In this document: positions 16,862 through 27,547 of the stretch, in pieces
Layout: the number at the start of each line of letters is the position of its first letter
Numbering within the stretch: the first letter of the stretch is position 1
Origin: Nostoc punctiforme PCC 73102
Lineage (GTDB): Bacteria > Cyanobacteriota > Cyanobacteriia > Cyanobacteriales > Nostocaceae
Direction of reading: 5' to 3'
Length of the DNA: 32,000 bases
NCBI RefSeq assembly: GCF_000020025.1
Contig: NC_010628.1
Span: 660,001 to 692,000, forward strand
Position numbers and translations under genes: made by a program
Notes under the pieces: generated by a model
What the model was told of the DNA's origin: nothing
What the model saw: only the letters and a program-made list of their open reading frames with translations
The model's database searches: none

Positions 16862-18766
16862 ATGGCAAAAGTAGTTGGAATTGACTTAGGAACAACGAAC
16901 TCCTGCGTGGCAGTGATGGAAGGTGGTAAACCTACTGTAATTGCTAATGCTGAAGGTTTTCGGACAACGCCATCAGTAGTGGCATTTGCGAAAAATGGCG
17001 ACAACTTGGTTGGCCAAATCGCCAAACGCCAAGCGGTGATGAACCCCGAAAATACGTTTTACTCAGTCAAACGCTTTATCGGTCGCCGCTACGATGAAGT
17101 GAGTAACGAAGCAACTGAAGTTTCTTACAAAGTTCTCAGCAGCAACGGCAATGTCAAATTAGATTGTCCGATAGCTGGTAAACCGTTTGCTCCTGAAGAA
17201 ATTTCTGCAAAAGTTCTTCGCAAACTAGTTGAAGATGCCAGCAAATATCTTGGTGAAACTGTTAGCCAAGCTGTAATCACCGTTCCCGCATACTTTAACG
17301 ACTCCCAACGGCAAGCGACAAAGGACGCTGGTAAAATTGCAGGTATTGAAGTTCTGCGAATTATCAACGAGCCGACTGCTGCTTCTCTAGCTTATGGGTT
17401 TGACAAGAAGAGTAACGAAACCATTCTTGTATTTGACCTTGGTGGTGGTACCTTCGACGTATCCGTGCTGGAAGTAGGAGATGGAGTTTTTGAAGTACTA
17501 GCCACATCTGGAGATACACACCTTGGTGGTGATGACTTCGATAAAAAAATAGTTGACTTCTTAGCTGAAAAGTTCAAGAAAGCCGAAGGCATTGAACTAC
17601 GCAAAGACAAACAAGCTTTACAACGTCTGACAGAAGCCGCAGAAAAAGCCAAAATTGAGCTTTCTAGCGTTACCCAAGCAGAAATTAACCTACCATTTAT
17701 CACCGCTACCCAGGATGGGCCTAAGCACCTGGATACAACCCTGACTCGTGCCACCTTTGAAGAACTTTGTTCTGACTTAATCGACCGTTGCCGTGTTCCT
17801 GTGGAAAACGCTCTCCGCGATGCCAAGTTAAGCAAAGGCGATATTGATGAAGTGGTGTTGGTTGGTGGTTCTACCCGTATTCCCGCAGTTCAACAGATTG
17901 TGAAGCAGGTATTGGGTAAAGACCCCAACCAAAGCGTTAACCCTGATGAAGTCGTAGCAATTGGTGCAGCAATTCAAGCAGGTGTACTGAATAATGAAGT
18001 CACTGGCATCTTATTGTTAGATGTATCACCACTTTCTTTGGGTGTTGAAACATTGGGTGGCGTGATGACCAAAATTATCCCCCGCAACACCACAATCCCC
18101 ACCAAGAAATCGGAAGTCTTCTCCACCGCAGTGGATGGACAAACCAACGTAGAAATTCACGTCCTTCAAGGTGAACGCGAATTTTCTAACGATAACAAGA
18201 GTTTGGGAACCTTCCGCCTTGATGGTATTCCTCCTGCACCACGTGGCGTTCCTCAAATTGAAGTGGTGTTCGATATTGACGCTAACGGTATCCTTAACGT
18301 CACCGCTAAGGACAAAGGTACTGGCAAAGAACAGTCCATCAGCATAACTGGTGCTTCCACCCTGGATAAAACTGACGTTGACCGGATGGTAAGAGAAGCT
18401 GAACAAAACGCTTCATCTGACAAAGACCGACGTGAGAAGATTGAACGCAAGAACCAAGCCGACTCCTTGGCATACCAAGCTGAAAAGCAGTTACAAGAAT
18501 TGGGCGATAAAGTTCCCGATGCTGACAAGACTAAAGTTGAAGGTTTGGTGAAAGAACTGCGGGAAGCAGTTGCGAAAGAAGACGATGAGCAAATCAAGAA
18601 GCTCACCCCAGAATTGCAACAAGCTCTATTCGCTGTTGGTAGTAACATCTATCAACAAGCTGGTGCGGGTGCTGCACCAGGTGCTGAACCTCAAGATGGT
18701 GGTTCTACCTCTAGCTCTGGTAGCGGCGATGATGTGATTGACGCTGATTTTACAGAGAGTAAATAA
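16862..18766 (+). CDS. dnaK: Molecular chaperone DnaK (Hsp70)
   Basis: 634 aa. [39 protein letters not shown]. Acidic C-terminal tail [13 protein letters not shown]. Confidence 0.97.
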   Translation: MAKVVGIDLGTTNSCVAVMEGGKPTVIANAEGFRTTPSVVAFAKNGDNLVGQIAKRQAVMNPENTFYSVKRFIGRRYDEVSNEATEVSYKVLSSNGNVKLDCPIAGKPFAPEEISAKVLRKLVEDASKYLGETVSQAVITVPAYFNDSQRQATKDAGKIAGIEVLRIINEPTAASLAYGFDKKSNETILVFDLGGGTFDVSVLEVGDGVFEVLATSGDTHLGGDDFDKKIVDFLAEKFKKAEGIELRKDKQALQRLTEAAEKAKIELSSVTQAEINLPFITATQDGPKHLDTTLTRATFEELCSDLIDRCRVPVENALRDAKLSKGDIDEVVLVGGSTRIPAVQQIVKQVLGKDPNQSVNPDEVVAIGAAIQAGVLNNEVTGILLLDVSPLSLGVETLGGVMTKIIPRNTTIPTKKSEVFSTAVDGQTNVEIHVLQGEREFSNDNKSLGTFRLDGIPPAPRGVPQIEVVFDIDANGILNVTAKDKGTGKEQSISITGASTLDKTDVDRMVREAEQNASSDKDRREKIERKNQADSLAYQAEKQLQELGDKVPDADKTKVEGLVKELREAVAKEDDEQIKKLTPELQQALFAVGSNIYQQAGAGAAPGAEPQDGGSTSSSGSGDDVIDADFTESK

Positions 18767-18812
18767 TTCCTCTACTTCTTTCGGGATAATTATTTTGTCC
18801 CGCCTCATATTA

Positions 18813-18848
18813 CCCACCAAGGTATTAACCTGGGTGGGAATTTTTTTT
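18813..18848 (+). terminator. Rho-independent terminator of dnaK
   Basis: CCCACCAAGG (18813-18822) pairs with CCTGGGTGGG (18829-18838) with one mismatch, followed by AA and T8 (18841-18848). Confidence 0.75.
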
Positions 18849-18919
18849 AGAAGTTATGAGTAAAAATAAATAATATTGCTATTTTAATTTATTTGTAACT
18901 CCTCACTATTAACTCCCTT

Positions 18920-19572
18920 ATGCCATATCCACAAGCACCTTGGACACTTCAAGGCTACGCTATCCAAACTCTGCATTTAGTAAATATTGACCTGGTACGC
19001 CCTTTGATTCCTTTAGATTTAAAAATTATTTCTGTATGGCCTGGTAAAACCATCACTAGTGTGTACTTATCTAAGTACGGGTCAGGCTCGGTACTAGAGT
19101 ACAGTGAGTTAATTATTGCCCCAGCTTTGGTTAATTACCAGAAAAAATCGGCGGTTGGATTTCTCACATTTATGTAGATAATGCTGATTCGGTTGCTGGT
19201 GGTCGAGAAATTTGGGGACTACCAAAGGAACTAGCTGAGTTTACCTGGAAAGAAGGAGAGCATATCACTGTGCATCAGGGAAACCGGAAGTTGTGCAGTC
19301 TTAAATATAATCGGCAAACCTTGGCATGGAGACAGGGGTTAAGCGCCTCTAGTTTCAGCGCCAAGGGTGCTGATTTGCTAATATTCCCTGCTGAATTTCA
19401 GTCCGTATTGGGTTTGATTGGTTCTCAGTTAGAAATCCCCGCCGAAAGCCCTTTTTCTGGAATAGGTTTAGGTCAGCCTTGGTTAACTGTGCGTTGTGAA
19501 CAGATGAGTTTGTGGGTTGATGCCCCGAAAGTTGTAGGTCAATCGATTGGAGATTTTAGATTTACCCCATAA
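18920..19572 (+). pseudogene. Acetoacetate decarboxylase (ADC) family gene split by a 1-nt frameshift in an A-run
   Basis: ORF 18920..19177 (MPYPQAPWTLQGY...LEYSELIIAPALVNYQKK) and the frame of ORF 19270..19572 join as ...KIGGWISHIYVDNADSVAGGREIWGLPKELAEF... The second frame is open from 19132. The switch must occur at CAGAAAAAATCGG (19139-19151). One extra A would give a single ~217-aa protein. Confidence 0.7.
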
Positions 19573-19608
19573 GTTTCTCAAGGAAAGGAATTACGGTTCA
19601 AAGCGCTA

Positions 19609-19659
19609 CTTGTACAAAATCGTGGGTTTTGAGACGCGATAAATCGCCGTCTCTACAAG
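19609..19659. repeat. Nested hairpin belonging to the GC-rich dispersed motif family
   Basis: CTTGTA...GAGACGcgataaatcgcCGTCTC TACAAG, with inner 6-bp and outer 6-bp complementary arms. Confidence 0.45.
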
Positions 19660-19881
19660 TGTTTTGTGTATTGAATTATATTGGGGCATAATTCGGAATG
19701 CTGCACTTTGATCTTGTAGTTCTAGGTATACCTAAAAAAGTAAACATCAAATGGTCGCTTGAAAGTATATGAGATAGATTGGATGGTCTATCTCGCTATA
19801 CATTCTATGTAATATCTAGCAAGTTTTTAAATTGAAATTGTTTACTTAATTAGCAAGCTTGAGAAAACGACACCCTTATTA

Positions 19882-19911
19882 CCCTACTAATAATCAACAG
19901 TAGGGTTTTTT
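19882..19911 (+). terminator. Orphan rho-independent terminator on the plus strand
   Basis: CCCTACT (19882-19888) pairs with AGTAGGG (19899-19905), with a 10-nt loop, followed by T6 (19906-19911). It lies 310 nt beyond the nearest plus-strand stop codon (19572). Confidence 0.5.
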
Positions 19912-20106
19912 GTTGAGAATAACTAAATTACCAACTTTTAATACAATTTTATTTATTATTAAATTCCATAGAAGGAGCAACACAGCTAGTCTTTTAAAGG
20001 TGTTTTCTACTCTAAATAAGACAAATTGATATTTGATTTGCTGGTATAGATGTAGTTACAAAGATAGCGATCGCTATATCCCCCTTCAGATTATTCTGAA
20101 AATATC

Positions 20107-21987
20107 CTAACTTCCCAACATCTGCAAGTTATGCAAAGTTGCATAAAGCCCTCCCTGTTCCAGTAGTTGGTCGTGACTTCCCTGTTCGATTAATTCGCCA
20201 CGCTTGAGAACAAAAATCCGGTCTACATTGCGAATCGTAGACAGGCGGTGAGCAATAATAATAGCGGTACGTCTGAGCATTAGCTGGTTTAATGCCTCTT
20301 GCACTAAAGCTTCTGTGCCAACATCTAAACTAGCAGTAGCTTCATCTAACACCAAAATTTGAGGATCGCGAATAGCAGCCCGTGCAAAGGCTAAAAGTTG
20401 CTTTTGACCACTAGAAATATTTGTGCCCCGTTCTCGAAGTTGAGTATCATAACCCTGGGGTAGTTCTTCTATAAATTGGGCAATGTTGGTTTGCTCTGCT
20501 GCTTGTTGAATCTGTTCAATGGTATAACCATCTCCTAAAGAAATGTTGCTTTTAACATCGCCAGCAAATAAAAAACCTTCTTGTAAAATTACTGCCATGT
20601 AGCGCCGCAGTTCTGCCTGTGGGACTTCTCGAATATCTACGCCATCGATGAGAATGCGTCCTTTGGTGGGTTCATAGAGGCGGCATAAAAGCCGGATGAT
20701 CGAAGTTTTGCCGGCACCTGTGGGACCGACTAATGCCACTTTTTCACCAGGACGAATGGTGAAATCTAAGTCTTTAATTACGTAATCATCATTTTTATAA
20801 GCAAACCAGACACGATCAAAGCAAATCTCTCCCAGTTCAGGCGGGGAAGTAGTATCTGGGGATTCTAGATTTGCAACGATTTCGTCTATGTAGCCGAATT
20901 TAGCATCAAATATTGAGAAGCGCACATTGGCGCGATCGCGGATTTCTATCGGTTCATCTAATATATCGCCTACGCGTTCAATGGCAGTAAAACCAGCTTG
21001 AATTACTGTAAATTTTTCGGCAAAATCCCTTAAAGGGTCAAATAATCGCTGGGCATACAAGACAAATGCCGATAAAGTCCCAAAAGCTATACTTTTTCCT
21101 AACAGTAACCAACCACCCATACACAAAACAGCTGCGATCGCAATCAGCCCAATCCATTCTAAGGTTGCTGAAATAAATGAATCATAAAAAATGGTTTGAT
21201 CCATTTGCTGTGTGTAGCGGCTGTTGGTGGCACGAAACAGTTCGGCATTAAATTTTTCCCTACGGAATAACTGCACTACGTTAATCCCAAGGACATTTTC
21301 TTGTAGCTGTGAGTTCAATATAGAAAGTTCTTCCCGCCCTTTGTAATTGGCTTTGCGGTACTGTTGCTGAATGTAAACAATTAACCAGGTAACTGGTAAT
21401 AGCATCAATAGCAGCAAACAAGTCAGTTGCCATTCAATGGAAAACATTAAACCTAAAATCACCAGCATGGAAAACAAATTGGACACGATGCCAATTGCCC
21501 CAGTAGAAAAGACATCGCCTAAGACTTCCACATCGCTGGTGATTCTGGTGATTAATTTACCTACGGGTGTGCGGTCAAAAAAGCGTACTGCTAGGGATGT
21601 TACGTGCTGAAATAAATCTTGGCGAATTGCGGCGGTGATTTGTTGCCCTAGCTTCTGTACTAAATAACCCTGGTAGCCTGTAAAAATCAATCGGATTGCG
21701 ATCGCCACAAACAACAATCCCTCCAGGATATTTAATCCTTCGGACAAGGGGCGATTCCTGAGAAATTCGTAAGCGCTTGGTTCATTGCGAATTAGGGAGA
21801 TAACTTGGCCAATCAACAGAGGTTGGACGGCATTAGCTAGGGCGATGGGTATGAGTAGGCACATCGACAGCGCCAATAGTTGTCCGTTACGACGGGCGTA
21901 AGGCACTAGACGCAAAAACAACCGCCAGTCATTTTCACGCCGACGAGGTTGCGTATAAGATTTTTTGAGAGATTGATAGATGCTCAT
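20107..21987 (-). CDS. ABC exporter, fused permease/ATPase (MsbA/MdlB-type half transporter)
   Basis: 626 aa with an ATG start. Six hydrophobic segments in the N-terminal half. Walker A GPTGAGKTS, signature ISSGQKQLLAFARA, Walker B ILVLDEATASLD, H-loop IIAHRL. Confidence 0.9.
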   Translation of the reverse strand: MSIYQSLKKSYTQPRRRENDWRLFLRLVPYARRNGQLLALSMCLLIPIALANAVQPLLIGQVISLIRNEPSAYEFLRNRPLSEGLNILEGLLFVAIAIRLIFTGYQGYLVQKLGQQITAAIRQDLFQHVTSLAVRFFDRTPVGKLITRITSDVEVLGDVFSTGAIGIVSNLFSMLVILGLMFSIEWQLTCLLLLMLLPVTWLIVYIQQQYRKANYKGREELSILNSQLQENVLGINVVQLFRREKFNAELFRATNSRYTQQMDQTIFYDSFISATLEWIGLIAIAAVLCMGGWLLLGKSIAFGTLSAFVLYAQRLFDPLRDFAEKFTVIQAGFTAIERVGDILDEPIEIRDRANVRFSIFDAKFGYIDEIVANLESPDTTSPPELGEICFDRVWFAYKNDDYVIKDLDFTIRPGEKVALVGPTGAGKTSIIRLLCRLYEPTKGRILIDGVDIREVPQAELRRYMAVILQEGFLFAGDVKSNISLGDGYTIEQIQQAAEQTNIAQFIEELPQGYDTQLRERGTNISSGQKQLLAFARAAIRDPQILVLDEATASLDVGTEALVQEALNQLMLRRTAIIIAHRLSTIRNVDRIFVLKRGELIEQGSHDQLLEQGGLYATLHNLQMLGS

Positions 21988-22181
21988 AGTAAGAGCATTA
22001 TATTAATGTTTCTAAAAAAATACGCATATTTAAAGTAGCCTTTGTCCTGCGACTCTGATACCATGCCTGAGATAGAAACCGCAAGATTCCTACTCAGACA
22101 TAGATGTAGCGTATTATGCTCTCGCTTGTTCACAACGGCAGCTAGATGATTCTCTTGACCATTTGTATTATTTTTTGCTGC

Positions 22182-23228
<1,047 letters not shown>

Positions 23229-23245
23229 TTAATCTACGATCGAGT

Positions 23246-23329
23246 CTGCTATTGTTCGTCGCTGACCTGTTTCATTTAGTCCACGGGCTTGTCTTGAGTT
23301 CTGAATAGCGATATGCATCATGTCCGTGG
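23246..23329 (-). pseudogene. Relic of a cupin gene 3' end (frameshifted, with an internal stop)
   Basis: Aligns at nucleotide level with the 3' end of the intact cupin (30336-30420). It also shares the 23-nt identity CTGCTATTGTTCGTCGCTGACCT with the second relic at 26540-26562. The expected reading ...HIAIQ...KPVD*MKQVSDEQ* is broken. Confidence 0.6.
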
Positions 23330-23358
23330 ATTTGACGATCGTGCTTCTTGCGCGATCG

Positions 23359-24195
23359 CTAGAACGAACCGTCCGTTGATTTCGATAGCTCTTCATGGGC
23401 GTGCGTCGCCTGCAACCGTTCCTCGACAGCCGGCGCGATCGTCGCAAGGGCATCACTTCCGGCAACGAACAGCTTCGGCGGATTCTCCATCCCGGCGATT
23501 TTGACCAGAGCATCGCCCAACTTTGCCGGGTCACCCTGCTGCGTGCCGTTGTAGACCGACCAAGTGTCCTGGACGTTGCCCTCGGCGGCATAGTCTTCGA
23601 TGGCGTTGCTGGGCCATCTGACATTCTGGTCGTCCAGAAGGTCCGTGCGAAAGAAGCCAGGTTCGACGAGCGTCATCTTGATGCCGAACCCCTCGACCTC
23701 GACCGCGACCGACAGTGAGATGCCTTCGACCGCGAACTTCGATGCAGCGTAGGCAGCACAGTGCTTAAACCCGACAACGCCAGCAACGGAGCTAATGTTG
23801 ATGATGTGGCCCGATCGCTGCTGACGCATAATCGGCAGCACGGCACGCATGACGTACACCACACCATAGAAGTTTGTCGCGAACTGGCGTTCGATGTCGG
23901 TCGTGGTCATCTCTTCAAAATTACCAAGCAGGCTGTAGCCCGCATTGTTAACTAAAACGTCGATGCGACCGAACCGATTCACCGCCTCCTCGATGGCTGT
24001 TTTCGCCTGTACCTCGTCGGAAACGTCCAACTGGACAAATGCAAGATTCTCGCTTGCAACATCGCGCAAGGCATTACGCACTTTATCGAGGTTTCGGCCA
24101 GTCGCGACTACACGGTCACCGGACTGCAATGCTGCCTTGGCGGTTCCGGTTCCGATCCCACTGCCAGCGCCTGTGATAAACCAGACTTTGCTCAT
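23359..24195 (-). CDS. Classical short-chain dehydrogenase/reductase
   Basis: 278 aa. ATG start with AAGGAAA upstream. TGAGSGIG, NNAG, catalytic S...YAASK. Confidence 0.9.
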   Translation of the reverse strand: MSKVWFITGAGSGIGTGTAKAALQSGDRVVATGRNLDKVRNALRDVASENLAFVQLDVSDEVQAKTAIEEAVNRFGRIDVLVNNAGYSLLGNFEEMTTTDIERQFATNFYGVVYVMRAVLPIMRQQRSGHIINISSVAGVVGFKHCAAYAASKFAVEGISLSVAVEVEGFGIKMTLVEPGFFRTDLLDDQNVRWPSNAIEDYAAEGNVQDTWSVYNGTQQGDPAKLGDALVKIAGMENPPKLFVAGSDALATIAPAVEERLQATHAHEELSKSTDGSF

Positions 24196-24243
24196 AATTA
24201 TTTTCCTTTTACTCGAACTTAATCAAGCCCTGTATTGTTCATT

Positions 24244-24264
24244 GTTCATTGCTCGTTATCATCG
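24244..24264. repeat. Tandem heptamers ATTGTTC ATTGTTC ATTGCTC inside the G+C-rich block
   Basis: Read directly between the CMD-family stop (24268) and the SDR start (24195). Confidence 0.55.
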
Positions 24265-24267
24265 CCA

Positions 24268-25059
24268 TTACTCCGTCGCCACTTCATTCAGGCATTTCAA
24301 TACATTCAGGGTTCGGGGATATCCCACCCAGGGCAACAATTGTGTAATCAGATCCAGCAGTATGTCTTTGCCGTTTCCGACATTCAGGTTGCCTTGAATG
24401 TGCCACTTTATCTGTGATTCAACCCCGCCCAGAGCAATGAGGATGGACAGTGTGATGAGTTCCCTGACACTTATGTCTACGCCATTGCGGGTATAATAAT
24501 CGCCAAAGCAATTGGCAGACAGAAACCTTTGAATGTGTAGCTGGTCTTTGGGCGATCGCTCATACATTTGATCGATCGTCTCGCCGAACACAGCTTTCTG
24601 TATTGCCAGCCCTTTGTCGTAGCGTGTTTCCGGGCTGGTGGTCGATTGCCCTTCCAACGGTAATTGAATGCCCCTGCTGGACATTACTTCATTAGTGGCA
24701 TGAACGAAGTCAAATGCTTTCGCCATACCTACGTAAGGTACCGACTGATACAGGATCTCCTTGATTTCAACCGGCGTTACTCCGACATTGAGCGCAGCGC
24801 CCACCATAACTCTGTATTCGCTTACTGCCTGGTTGCCGATGATAGACGCTAGAATCAGCATGATCCTTGTCTTTGTATCCAGCTTGCTCTCAGCAATTAC
24901 TTCGTCGAAGGCGAAGTTGTCAAAGACTTCGATCAGTTCAGGATCGGTTACTTTCAGGGTCGATTTGTGGTTTGGAAAGAGTTCCTCATGGTTTTTATGT
25001 GCCGCTTCACTTATCCTCACAGAGGATTGAGTTTTGTCCTTCTGCGGTGTATTTGTCAT
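24268..25059 (-). CDS. Carboxymuconolactone decarboxylase (CMD/AhpD-like) family protein, two CMD repeats
   Basis: The ORF extends to 25065, but AAGGAG lies 6 nt upstream of the second ATG (25059). Repeats: LDTKTRIMLILASIIGNQ...VTPVEIKEILYQSVPYVGMAKAFDF and SVRELITLSILIALGG...DLITQLLPWVGYPRTLN. Confidence 0.85.
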   Translation of the reverse strand: MTNTPQKDKTQSSVRISEAAHKNHEELFPNHKSTLKVTDPELIEVFDNFAFDEVIAESKLDTKTRIMLILASIIGNQAVSEYRVMVGAALNVGVTPVEIKEILYQSVPYVGMAKAFDFVHATNEVMSSRGIQLPLEGQSTTSPETRYDKGLAIQKAVFGETIDQMYERSPKDQLHIQRFLSANCFGDYYTRNGVDISVRELITLSILIALGGVESQIKWHIQGNLNVGNGKDILLDLITQLLPWVGYPRTLNVLKCLNEVATE

Positions 25060-25105
25060 CCACATCTCCTTTTTTGAGTCACAGTTCTATGGTTGGCAAT
25101 TCCGT

Positions 25106-25394
25106 CTATAATCCCGTTCGCTTTTCCAACGCTTCTGGATAGCGATCGCCTTCCACTGTAATTTGCGCCAATGCCTCGTCGATGCTCTTCAATTCGTCCT
25201 GCGTCAGCTCGATGTCCGCTGCCACAATGTTTTCTTCCAGGCGGCTCAATTTAGTTGTGCCGGGAATGGGCACCACGGCTTGGAGCAGGGAGATACTTTC
25301 TTGCTTGTCGAGGGTATGGCTGTAGGCATAGTTCAACGCCCAGCCCGATCGCCGAGACTTCCAGATTACTGTTTCCAAGTTTGCGCTTTTGCAT
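25106..25394 (-). pseudogene. Aldo/keto reductase relic with a large internal deletion and a frameshift
   Basis: It keeps the RBS (AAGGAG), the ATG (25394) and the 5' coding end. Positions 25338-25380 are identical over 43 nt to 23133-23175 of the intact AKR. The sequence then jumps from about codon 45 (...KQESISLLQA) to the C-terminal ...[17 protein letters not shown]...DRYPEALEKRTGL. The 5' and 3' parts are in different frames. Confidence 0.75.
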
Positions 25395-25420
25395 TGGCAC
25401 TCCTTCGAGATTCCGCTCGG

Positions 25421-26479
25421 TTATTCAGATTTCAGGGATGCCATATCAATCACAAAGCGGTATTTCACATCAGACTTGAGCAGGCGATCGTAGGCTTCGT
25501 TGACCTTCTGGATAGGAATGACTTCGACATCGGCGGTGATGTTATGCTTGCCGCAAAAGTCGAGCATCTCTTGGGTTTCGGGGATGCCGCCGATGTTTGA
25601 GCCGGAGAGACTGCGACGGGCCATGATCAGGCTGAATGCCGCGACATCCAGGGGCTTCTCCGGTGCGCCGACAAGGGTGATATTGCCGTCGAGGCGGAGT
25701 AGGTTGAGATAGGCGTTGATGTCGTGCTTGGCAGAAACGGTGTCGAGGATGAAATCGAAGCTGCCAGCGTGTTTCTGCATCTCGTCGGCATTGCGGGAGA
25801 CGACCACTTCGTCGGCACCCAGGCGGAGCGCGTCTTCCTTTTTATCGGGTGAGGTGGTGAAGACGACAACGTGGGCACCAAACGCATGAGCAAACTTCAC
25901 GCCCATGTGCCCCAGTCCGCCAAGACCGACTAGGCCAACTTTCTTGCCTTCAGTGACACCCCAGTGACGCATCGGTGAATAGGTTGTGATTCCAGCACAA
26001 AGAAGTGGTGCAGCCCCGGCGAGATCGAGGTTGGAGGGAACACGCAGCACGAAGCGTTCATCAACGACAATGCTATCGGAGTAGCCCCCATAAGTAACGC
26101 CACCAAGGTGCTTGTCTGGAGAGTTGAAGGTGAGGATTTGATTCGGGCAGAAATTCTCAAGGCCAGCTTTGCAATTAAGACAGGTACCATCCGAATCGAC
26201 CAAGCAACCAACCGCCGCGAGGTCGCCGGGCTTGTACTTGGTCACTGCCGAGCCAACCTCAGTGACACGGCCCACGATCTCATGACCGGGGACAATCGGA
26301 TAAACGGTGGAAATTATGCTGCTCCACTCGTTACGCACTGAATGGAGGTCGGAGTGGCAGATGCCGCAGAAGAGAATTTCGATCTGAACATCGTGTTCGG
26401 TTGGATCGCGCCGTGCGATCTGGGTGGAGGACATCGGTGATGTTGCACTGGCTGCGGAATAGGCTTTTGTGTTGTACAT
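25421..26479 (-). CDS. Zn-dependent NAD(P) alcohol dehydrogenase (cinnamyl-ADH / YahK-like)
   Basis: The tracked ORF starts at a TTG (26494). The ATG at 26479 (MYNTKAYSA) has GGAG upstream. GICHSDLH, GHEIVGRV, structural-Zn cysteines CLVDSDGTCLNCKAGLENFC, GLVGLGGLGHMG. Confidence 0.9.
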   Translation of the reverse strand: MYNTKAYSAASATSPMSSTQIARRDPTEHDVQIEILFCGICHSDLHSVRNEWSSIISTVYPIVPGHEIVGRVTEVGSAVTKYKPGDLAAVGCLVDSDGTCLNCKAGLENFCPNQILTFNSPDKHLGGVTYGGYSDSIVVDERFVLRVPSNLDLAGAAPLLCAGITTYSPMRHWGVTEGKKVGLVGLGGLGHMGVKFAHAFGAHVVVFTTSPDKKEDALRLGADEVVVSRNADEMQKHAGSFDFILDTVSAKHDINAYLNLLRLDGNITLVGAPEKPLDVAAFSLIMARRSLSGSNIGGIPETQEMLDFCGKHNITADVEVIPIQKVNEAYDRLLKSDVKYRFVIDMASLKSE

Positions 26480-26542
26480 AAATTGATGCTCCAATCTGGA
26501 AGATAAGCTGGTTTCCTTCTACTCGCTCTTGAATCTGTCCTG

Positions 26543-26706
26543 CTATTGTTCGTCGCTGACCTTTTCCATCCAGTCCACGGGCTTGCCGTCGAGTACCTCC
26601 TGAGTGGCGATATGAGTCATCGCCGTTGACGGTGAAGGTGGCGATGGCGACAATGCTTTGTTGTAGCGCACCAAGCTCGAACGTAACACTACCACCAGCA
26701 CTATCC
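26543..26706 (-). pseudogene. Mosaic relic: cupin 5' piece, CMD-gene 5' piece and cupin 3' end
   Basis: Read on the minus strand directly after the SDR stop. [10 protein letters not shown] matches the cupin [27 protein letters not shown] matches the CMD protein RQQSIVTIAAFTANGD and is similar at nucleotide level to 28129-28180. After a frame change, [27 protein letters not shown] matches the cupin [27 protein letters not shown]. Confidence 0.6.
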
Positions 26707-27450
26707 TTACCAAGGCTGCGTGGTTGGGCCAATCGTAAATTCGTTCACGTTTGTGTCTTCTGGCTGGTCAATCGCAAACGCCACAACATTGGCTACTCGA
26801 TCGGGTGAGATGCCATATTGCTCATACAACTCTGTCATTTTTTCAGCCATATCTTGGTTGGTAATCTGATTTAACAACTCAGTGTTAATTGCCGCAGGAT
26901 AAATTGTCGCAGTACGAATCTTAGTCCCCTCTTGAGCAGACTCCATGCGTAGAACTTCCATGAAATCGCGCACGAACCATTTCGTCCCACCATACACTGC
27001 ACCACCTGGATAAGCTTTTAACCCAGCAACCGATGAAGTTGTGATAACATGCCCAGACTTTTGGCTAATAAACGTTGGTAACACAGCAGCGATACCATTG
27101 AGTACACCCTTGATATTGATATCAACTGTTTGATTCCATTCATCCGTTTTCAATGCAGAGAGTGGAGAATTGGGCATTATGCCAGCGTTCAAGAAAATAA
27201 CATCGATGCCTCCAAATCTTTCCTTGGCAAGGTTGACGATTTCAGCGCTATCAGATGGGTTAACCACATCCATCACTTGATAGACTGCTTGTCCGCCATC
27301 TCTTTGAATTTCATCAACCAGTTGTCTCAATTGGCGATCGCGTCGCGCACCCAATACGACTTTAGCGCCTTTGCTTGCAAGCAATTTCGCACTTGCTTCA
27401 CCAATCCCTGATGATGCGCCGGTAATAATTACAACTTTGTCTTTAATCAT
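26707..27450 (-). CDS. Classical short-chain dehydrogenase/reductase
   Basis: 247 aa. ATG start with GAGGAA upstream. [13 protein letters not shown]...YGGTK. Confidence 0.9.
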   Translation of the reverse strand: MIKDKVVIITGASSGIGEASAKLLASKGAKVVLGARRDRQLRQLVDEIQRDGGQAVYQVMDVVNPSDSAEIVNLAKERFGGIDVIFLNAGIMPNSPLSALKTDEWNQTVDINIKGVLNGIAAVLPTFISQKSGHVITTSSVAGLKAYPGGAVYGGTKWFVRDFMEVLRMESAQEGTKIRTATIYPAAINTELLNQITNQDMAEKMTELYEQYGISPDRVANVVAFAIDQPEDTNVNEFTIGPTTQPW

Positions 27451-27547
27451 CTTATTCCTCTTTTTGTTGAGTCACTACTGAGTTTTACCTAACGGACTTG
27501 TTAATTAGCCGAGGTTTCACCAAAGTTTGTGTGGCGCACCACTAAAG

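Noticed and set aside
17125-18820. Several 64-147-aa minus-strand ORFs inside and just after dnaK
   Set aside because: They are antisense to a highly conserved gene, and no motifs are present.
19090-19103. GGTACTAGAGTACA resembling the cyanobacterial LexA box (RGTAC-N3-DGTWCB)
   Set aside because: It lies inside the ADC-family coding sequence, the last position mismatches, and no promoter context is present.
21988-22181. Island boundary signals (att-like direct repeats, tRNA target, integrase)
   Set aside because: I found no repeat shared between 21988-22181 and 31911-32000, and no recombinase gene in the window. The mobility mechanism therefore remains unknown and no claim is made.
23229-23624. 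131-aa ORF spanning the SDR 3' end and the gap before the AKR gene
   Set aside because: Most of it is an alternative frame of the SDR gene 23359..24195. Only the last ~85 nt are meaningful, and there it reads a frameshifted cupin relic.
26331-26732. 133-aa ORF bridging the SDR stop, the mosaic scar and the ADH 5' end
   Set aside because: It is an artefactual fusion of relic sequence with off-frame ADH and SDR sequence. The ADH start with an RBS is at 26479.
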